The notes under the pieces: model-generated
Database searches by the model: none
What the model was told of the DNA's origin: nothing
What the model saw: only the letters and a program-made list of their open reading frames with translations
Shown here: positions 53,373-64,000 of the stretch, piece after piece
Numbering within the stretch: position 1 is the first letter of the stretch
Layout of the letters: every line of letters begins with the position of its first letter
Assembly (NCBI RefSeq): GCF_009914755.1
Contig: NC_060946.1
Source: the human T2T-CHM13v2.0 reference genome, Homo sapiens
Strand: one strand, 5' to 3'
Length of the DNA: 64,000 nucleotides
Translations under genes and position numbers: made by a program

Positions 53373-56135
53373 CCTGCTTTTGCTTTTTTAAAAAATCTCA
53401 ACACCATGCTATGTATTGCACTTAATTAATTGTGCATCGAATCCTTCACGAGCCTTCTGTGCCAGGTGCGAGGTCGGCTGCTGGGTGGAAGTGACCAGGA
53501 TACGTCTTCCCTCGGCTACACGCAGACTCTCCACGGTGCAAGGGCAGGGCCTGCCCAGCCCCATGCCCAGCCCTTTGGCATCCATCCACCAGTGTTAGTT
53601 AGATCAGCAGGCTGTCATGCCCAAGGCTTGCTGCCATCTGAATAGGACAGGGTTTCAGCAGTGAGCTCTTGATGTGGAGTCTGCGCCACCTGTTGACCTT
53701 CTTTGGATTTACCTTATTGAAATGTTCACACATTTCTTTTAGCTTCTCAACTTATTTCATCTTGAGAAATGGGCTGGAACCTCATGCCCCAGCACAACAA
53801 GCCCCATAAATCAGATGTTCAAGCTGAGCGATCCTTCCGGTTTGGGCCACAGTCACGGGGCTTTCTTACTCCTCTAGTCATGTCAGCACCGTTCAGAAAC
53901 TCATCCTTGGCTTAGAGATGATAGTGAGTTACATGTACATAAATACACCGAGCTCATTACCCTGGGCCGGCATCCTGCATGACAAGGGCCCACATCCATT
54001 TCTCGGCAAAAACAAACTACATCTGCCACTTGAAACGTCAAGAAGCGCTTTCTTGTATGTTGTGCTCCATGGATCACTGGAAGTCCTTTCCCTCTTTTCC
54101 CATGTCCGGGCCAGGAGGAGCAGCTGCTCTCTGGCACTGTTAGCCTTTGCTGCCTTTTATCCTAGGCAAGACACTTTGTTATTCCTCCGATTTGTAATCC
54201 CAAGAACCTTGGAGATTGGACTTGGAGTTCGTAACCTCCTGGGGAGGGCCAGGCCTCACATTTCAAGGCCTTTGCATGCGTGATGTGCCAGCAACAGCTC
54301 AGCCCTTTGAATTATGATCCGCGACTCCCTCCAATCACCTTCCTTCTGGATGTCAGAAAAGACTGCCCAACAGCATCTCCTCCCAGCTGCCGAGGCTGAT
54401 GATGTTTTTATTCTGATTTAGATCTCACTTAGGTCTTATTTTAACTCCACTGAGCTGCAAGATCTTCACTGAAGTACAACTGGACTTATTTTTAGAAAAA
54501 CTGCTCTGTTAAGAAGACCTTCGTGCCTGATGAAGTTAGTTATTCTGATAAATTACAGCTTCTACGAAGAAACCACACCCCTCTGAGTACGGATGGAAGT
54601 TGGAAAATTCATAGAAAGCTGTCATTTCCTGGCAGAGGCCTGGAAAACCTCATTTAACAGAGATGTCTTTGGGTTCCTGCTTAAGCCCAAGCGAAGGATC
54701 CCGATGCCCCCTCCCCAGCTGGGAAGAGGAGCTGGTGGCGTGAGTTGGCACAGAGCCGCACCTTTCTTTCTCCTCCTGTATCCTCCCGCAAGCTCTGAAG
54801 ACCACTCTGTTTCTTTGAGCAGGATCAGTTGTAACTAGAAGTGGGTAGGATTTGAAAAGGGCTGGTTAAGTGTTTAAAACTGGGGCAGCTTTCCTGCCAT
54901 TTTCCAGTTCTTTTAGATGTGCAGGGATGGAGAATGGCTGTTTTTGTTGGGGTTTTCTCTTTGATCCTGGTTCAGACGGGGCCCTCTGAAATTTCTCGCC
55001 CTGATCTTTTGTTCTCTATGAAAACCAGGAATTGCACGGATGGTGTAGAAAGTCCCCGTAGGTGGCAAAGCATCTCTGCTGTGTTGAAATGACACACTTA
55101 GAAAAGTGTCAGAAAATGGAGTTGCCATTGCTCTGGCCCCCCAGGACCTGTGGCTCAGCCTCCATTGGGCCTTTGTGTCTGGGCCAGACCCTCCAGGCAA
55201 GCCCCCAGTGAGGCTCTTGGGCCCGTGATTGCAGGGGCGCCTTGCCATCCCCCGTGTCCTGCCCTGGTTCTGCTAGTGGAGCAAGAAGCTGATCAGCCTT
55301 TGTGTTTTCAGATTTCTTCTCTCCGTTAAGGTAACCTTGTTCTTTAAACCAGCTTGCTTTCAAAGTTGTTTTCCTAATAATATCAAAAGGGGGAAAAAAA
55401 GCTGCCTGAAAATCCTTTTTTGGGAAAGAGCCTGGGCATAAATAAATAAATACAACCATACAAAGAAGAAGATTAAAAAAAAAAAAATCAAAGATGGAAC
55501 TTTCGCATTTGGCCTGAGGTATAAATGGCAGGCTTCTGATGACATGCTTTTAGTTTTTGATTCTCTTTCTTTCCTTTTATGTTCTTGTAATTCCAAATCA
55601 GGAACGATGGTGTTTTTTTTTTTTTTTTTCTTTTTTCTTTTTTTTAAACCTTGCCCAATCTTTGGGTGGAGGCTTTGGAAGCCGCACATATTCCACCATT
55701 ATAGTTACTCAAAGCTGACGCTTCCCGAGGGGTGGCTGCATGCTGGCGACTGTGCCGAGGGTGTGTGTCCCTGAATCTTTGTGATCTCTCTGAGGTGTGT
55801 TAGGCCCCACTTTACAGATGGAAACTGAGACACACAGAGCCGTCAAGCAGCTTGCCCAAGGTCACACACCTTGTCAGTGGTCAAGCTGGGATCCAAAACC
55901 AGCAGCCTGGCTCTGGGATTCTAAGCTCTCTGTTGTGCTGCTCCTTGAATATATTAAAAGGCCTACTATGTGCAGGAACTGGGTTGGCACTGGCAGGAAG
56001 GCAAGTTCGGGAAGGAGATAGTTACATGGCTGTGTGGCTTCAGCTGGGGAGAGGGGAACACCCAGGAGGGCTTCTTGGAGGAGGCGGCCAGTAAGATGAG
56101 GTTGAAGATAGGTAGGATTTAGTAGGGCACAGTGA

Positions 56136-56838
<703 letters not shown>

Positions 56839-57177
56839 TGAGCGAGGAGTGCCCGTCTCCAGAGACAGTGTGCCAAGGGGCCCTCCTCCTATCAAATGCC
56901 CTCCTGTCTCTCTCTTCCTACCTGGCCCCCCGTGCAGGCCACAGAGCGTGGTGCTGCAGGTGAACTCTGCTGCGGTGGGAACGAGTTGGCATCGACTCCC
57001 TCGTGGCTGGCTGCTGGGTTTCGTGTGGACAGAGACATTCATCTTAGAACAATGCAGACACTTAGGAAAACAAGCACAAGGCGGTCTTTTTCCCTTAATC
57101 ACCCATCTCATGAAATCAAGCCCCAGTCCCTTGGAAGCTCACACCCTCCACACCCTCCAGACACTGAGAGAATGCAT

Positions 57178-57240
57178 GCCAGCATGCCTGTGCCAGCGCG
57201 CCTGTGCCAGCACACCCGGGCCAGCACACCCGGGCCAGCA
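57178..57240. repeat. 14-bp tandem repeat, 4.5 copies (GCCAGCRYRCCYGK)
   Basis: Units start at 57178, 57192, 57206, 57220 and 57234. Confidence 0.9.
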
Positions 57241-59040
57241 GATCTTTCTCTGTGACTGAAGACAGCCGGCACTTCACATCTTTGAAGGGTTTGTCTTTCT
57301 GGCAAGTAGACCGGTACTTTAAAAACCAAAACATTCCTGGGATTCACTGAAAGCCAGTAAACTGGCACCGTTCAGGTGGCGGGGGGGTCGGGGGAGGGGG
57401 GAAGCCAAGGGTGTGAGAGGAGCCCCTCCTTCCAAAAATCACACCGATCCTCTGAAGGTGACGATCAGATCCAGGCTGCAAGTTCTTCTGCAAAGGAGCT
57501 GTGTCCATAAGGGAACCCAGGCTGCAAAATATAGCAAGGCCCAGAAGGGCATCCCTCAAACCTTCATGGGGTTCAGCTTTGGACATGCTGGCTGTGGTTT
57601 GTCTCCACTGCACTCTGCAAAGAGCCCCGAAGGCCCTTTCCTTAGCCTGGCCATATTTCAAGGCCAGTTCAATTGCTGCCTCCTCCAGGAAGCCCTCCAT
57701 GCTTCTCTGTGGAATAGGGGACCTCGCCTGCCTTGTGGTCACTCTTCCTCCAGTCTGTGTCTCTCTTGGAGCCTAATCACAGAGACCCTGTACATCCACA
57801 GCTGCCTCTCCCACTTGCAGGGAGTAGTTTGTGGGCCATGTGTGGGTGCTCACGGTTCCCCTTATTCCTCAGGAAATGTGAGGAAGTTCCTGTGAGGCCG
57901 GTATTCCCACCACCCCATGTTACAGATGGGGAAACTGAGGCTTAGTGCGGTGAGGGGACTTCCCCGAAGCCACACACCAACAAGTGGCAATGCGAGATTT
58001 GGACTGGGGCTCTGTGGCCACAGGCCTGGGCTCCTCCTGCCAACCGAGGGGTCTGCCAGCCTGTGCCCCCCTCCTCCTGGTCCCCGAAGCCTTTGCTTCC
58101 CTCAGGCCATCGTGCATAACCAGCCCCTTCAGAATGCGCTGCTGAGCAGTCCCTGGGCGGTGTTCGTGAGCACGTTTCTCATTTATTAAGGTCACAAAAT
58201 CCCTGGCCCTGTTTAGTGTCATCTTTGATGTTCAAGGGCGGTGTGGAAATCTCTGTTTTGATATGACCCAATTTCTAGGCTTTCAAAATGTGGCTTCTCT
58301 CCTCCTCCCTCTCTGTGTTTTTGAAATCAGGTGAGCAGGGCTGCCTCGAAGCGTTGACCACTTGCCCCGAGGTCTCCCTCCCCACCCCTCAGGCCCAGGC
58401 ACATGGGTGCAGTGCCAGCTCTCGGGCCTTGCCAAGAGGACTCTCGGGCGTAGCCCACCTGTGTAATCCTCCACACATAGGGAAACTGGGTCTTTTGTTC
58501 TTCCTCTGCCATCAGCGTGAGCACTGCAGGCAGCTGTGCTGGACGGGACCTCCCTGCCCCTGTTGTGTCCTCCTATGATGCCAGCCAGGACATGGAACTT
58601 CCACCCCGACCCCCTGTGCTCCAGGGCTATCATATTCCCAAGGATTTCTGTGAAAAATCACTTTTCCCTGTTTCCTTTCTGCCTTTTAAGACTCTCTGCT
58701 GGTTACAACTCTCTTTGTAACTCGTCATGTGGTACAAATACTTGCTGAAATTTGGTCCCTGTTTTCTCAGCTGATCTGGGTGACCTGTGGGGGTTCTTCT
58801 GGATTATTTTTAGAGAGGTGGGGCAGAGGGAGTCTCAAAACTCTATGTCTGTATCATTTCCCTGTGAAGGTATTTAACATTTGTCCACTGCTGGTGTAGC
58901 GTTATGCTAAGGATTTTGGAAATTCAAGGATGAGTGGTGCCTGGATCTTCCCTTAGGATGCTGGCTGTGGGTGGAGGACAGTGTGTGCGGCAGCCAGGCT
59001 GGCTCGCGGCTGGAATGTGGGTTACCTGGAGAGGGCCTGC

Positions 59041-60226
<1,186 letters not shown>

Positions 60227-61658
60227 AATAAAAGAGGGTCCGCTTTTTAAGAAGCTGAATATCGGCCTTTGCTGACATGAGAGGAGCTGGCATCCTTGGG
60301 CCCTGCTGCCATTGTCCTTATGAAGGATGGAGGTTGTGTCGTCCTGAAGGCTGGGTCCACAGACGTGTCCCAAGAGCCCATCATGTGCCATGCTCTGGAC
60401 TGGACGCTCAACATTCATGGTTACATTCAGCCCTTCCAAAGGCCCTGGCATTTTTACAGTGTTACCTATAAATGCCATATGGAGAAATAGGTGCAGAGAG
60501 GTGAGTGGGATGTACCTGGGGTCTCACGGCCAGCATGAGTGGGGCCCTGTTGGCCTGCTGCTCCAAAGCCATCATGCCACACCCCCTTGCTGTTCCATCA
60601 TCTGCCGCTGTGGAGGCTGGATGTCCAGAGCTAGAGGTGTTCAAGGTTCAAGGTGATTCTGGTGTTAAAAGAGGAAATACCATTTTACTTCTGAACCTGT
60701 TTCATGGAGAAAGAGGTACAGCTCCGGGCACACTGGCCTGGGTACCTTTGCAGCATGTGATCAGGGACTGCTCCCCAGCGGCCCTCCACCAGTGCCATGA
60801 AAGTGGCCAGGGCCCTACCTGCACCCGGCACCATGGATGCATCTTGGGGCTGGAACCTCGAGTCTTACATGCAGCAGAGGCTGAGGCTGTGACTGTGGAG
60901 AAAGCGTGACATTACAGAAGCAAGGGTTTTGGCACCTGGTGTCTGTGTGGGTGGGTATTCCTCCCTGGTGGATGTGGCTGAAAGGCCTGCAGGGTCTCAC
61001 TGGTGCAGGGAGATGAGGGGTCATTTCTGGTTCTGGGATTGTCCCTAATCACTGGGCGTTCCAGATCCTGTAACTGTTCAGCACTCCCTTGAGACAGGAG
61101 GTCATGGTGTTTCTGACTTGGAGCCTCTGGCTCTCTTTATTAGATTCTGTTGCATGTTCCAGCCATCCTGACCCGGGTGTTCCATCAGATTTCTGTGCCT
61201 GTGAATGTGGCCATCACCAGTGACCCCACTTTAAACTCCAGATTCACCTGTATGCATGACCGGAGGGGGTTAGCATCTTGAGTCCGTGGTTCAGGACGCA
61301 GCCCCCCGGCAGAGGGAAGGCAGCCCCACTCTCTCATGCCCCATCGCTGTGGTCCATGCTTTGTCTGCCTCAGCAGTCTTGGTCAGATCTGGAAGCATCT
61401 GGAGGCATCTGGAAGCTTTGGTGTCTTAGTTATGAGTTTCAAAGGGCAGTGAAAACAGACTGGCAGAGCTCAGCGAGACCTGGGAAATATTTGGGGTGGG
61501 GAGGAACTGCAGAATGTATTCTTGGTTCAGAGCATTTTTCCCTCTGACTCTTTCTGGGCAACAGACCTTTTAGGAATGTTTGTTAAATGCTGAAAAAAAC
61601 AGGAATTGATTTCTCTCTGCGTCCACAGCCAACATGTGAGGCCACGGCACTCCGTGTA

Positions 61659-61693
61659 TACTAACCTGGTTTTTCTTTCCTTTTGCTCAACAG
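61659..61693 (+). promoter_or_regulatory. Exon 2 3' splice site with perfect TACTAAC branch point
   Basis: TACTAAC at 61659-61665 (branch A 61664, 30 nt before the exon), then TTTTTCTTTCCTTTTGCTCAACAG. Confidence 0.85.
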
Positions 61694-61783
61694 TGAGTGA
61701 CCTGCAGGAAGAAGGCAAGAATGCCATCAACTCACCGATGTCCCCCGCCCTGGCGGATGTTCACCCTGAAGACACCCAGCTTG
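61694..61783 (+). CDS. PARVB: Beta-parvin coding exon 2 (90 nt, phase 1-1), residues ~38-68
   Basis: Translates (V)SDLQEEGKNAINSPMSPALADVHPEDTQL(E), matching the recalled beta-parvin N-terminus before CH1. Flanked by a pyrimidine tract + CAG acceptor (AG 61692-93) and a G|GTACGG donor (61784). Confidence 0.96.
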
Positions 61784-62017
61784 GTACGGGGGTTCCTCCG
61801 CTCCCTGCCCTGAGACAGTTGAGCTTCCGTGGCACTAAGTTGGTCTTGGGGAGGCCAATGAGGAGCCCGATAGATCTGGCCTCTTGATCAGATGCTGGGG
61901 GCATTTGGGAGTCTAAGTTCTTAGCTCAAGGTCATCTTTAGAAAAGTCCATTGGGAAAAGCAAGTCCTTCATTAAGGGTTTCTGCCCTAGTCTTAAAACG
62001 TAAGTTTTATTTTTCAG

Positions 62018-63318
<1,301 letters not shown>

Positions 63319-63710
63319 CTTCTTCCCTTTGGGCCAGCCAGAGCTGCCCGCGGCCTGGGCTTGCAGGGTGGGCTCTGCCAAGTGGCCCAGGCCCCTGCGC
63401 TCACTGCCTGATGTAATGGGTAACAGCCAAGACACATTTTCCTTAAAGTGTGTTTTGGGATCTAGCTGATCTGGAAGGCATTTATGGAACATTCTGCGTA
63501 TTTCCAAACCCTGGTTCGAAGGGAAGTCCCGGTTCATCCCTTTTTTGTGGTTTCCGTGACGAGGCCAGGCCAGCAAGAGCTTATGGAGAAGAAACGCCGA
63601 TGCAAGTTCAGCCGCCAACCGACCCGAAGCCAGAGCTGGTGATGCTGCCTGAGGTCGCACCAGGGTCCACGGGGCTTTCTCTCCCTCCGCTTAGAAGAGA
63701 GTGGCCCCAC

Positions 63711-64000
<290 letters not shown>

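Noticed and set aside
61629-61635. 7-nt microexon (CAG|CCAACAT|GTGAGG)
   Set aside because: The downstream intron would be only 58 nt, below the usual human minimum.
61606-61887. 93-aa ORF as a standalone gene
   Set aside because: Only its middle 30 codons are real (PARVB exon 2); the flanks are intronic read-through.

Overview
Human (primate) genomic DNA, very Alu-dense. The only protein-coding sequence I can support is one 90-nt + strand exon (61694-61783). It reads (V)SDLQEEGKNAINSPMSPALADVHPEDTQL(E), which I recognise as coding exon 2 of beta-parvin (PARVB, chr22q13). The window is therefore the distal ~62 kb of the long PARVB intron 1, exon 2 and the start of intron 2. The rest is interspersed repeats (about 50 Alus, L1, L2/MIR, MaLR/ERV LTRs, Tigger/MER DNA transposons) and unique intronic DNA. 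Nearly all entries in the ORF track are Alu/L1/LTR-derived or random. I see no new multi-gene system. The best second-look items are: (1) a probable alternative first exon (~36.8-36.93 kb) whose 29-codon uORF would stop exactly on the first codon of exon 2; (2) the TGAGTGA start of exon 2, which has stops in both wrong frames and regenerates a 5' splice site after splicing; (3) an Ig-switch-like AGCT/G5 array; (4) several locally templated duplications and inversions that can be dated by Alu/L1 insertions; (5) candidate poison/cryptic exons and recursive splice sites; (6) megakaryocyte-type GATA/RUNX/ETS and NF-E2 motifs and a strong CTCF motif. Repeat subfamily names and boundaries come from recalled consensus sequences and are approximate.
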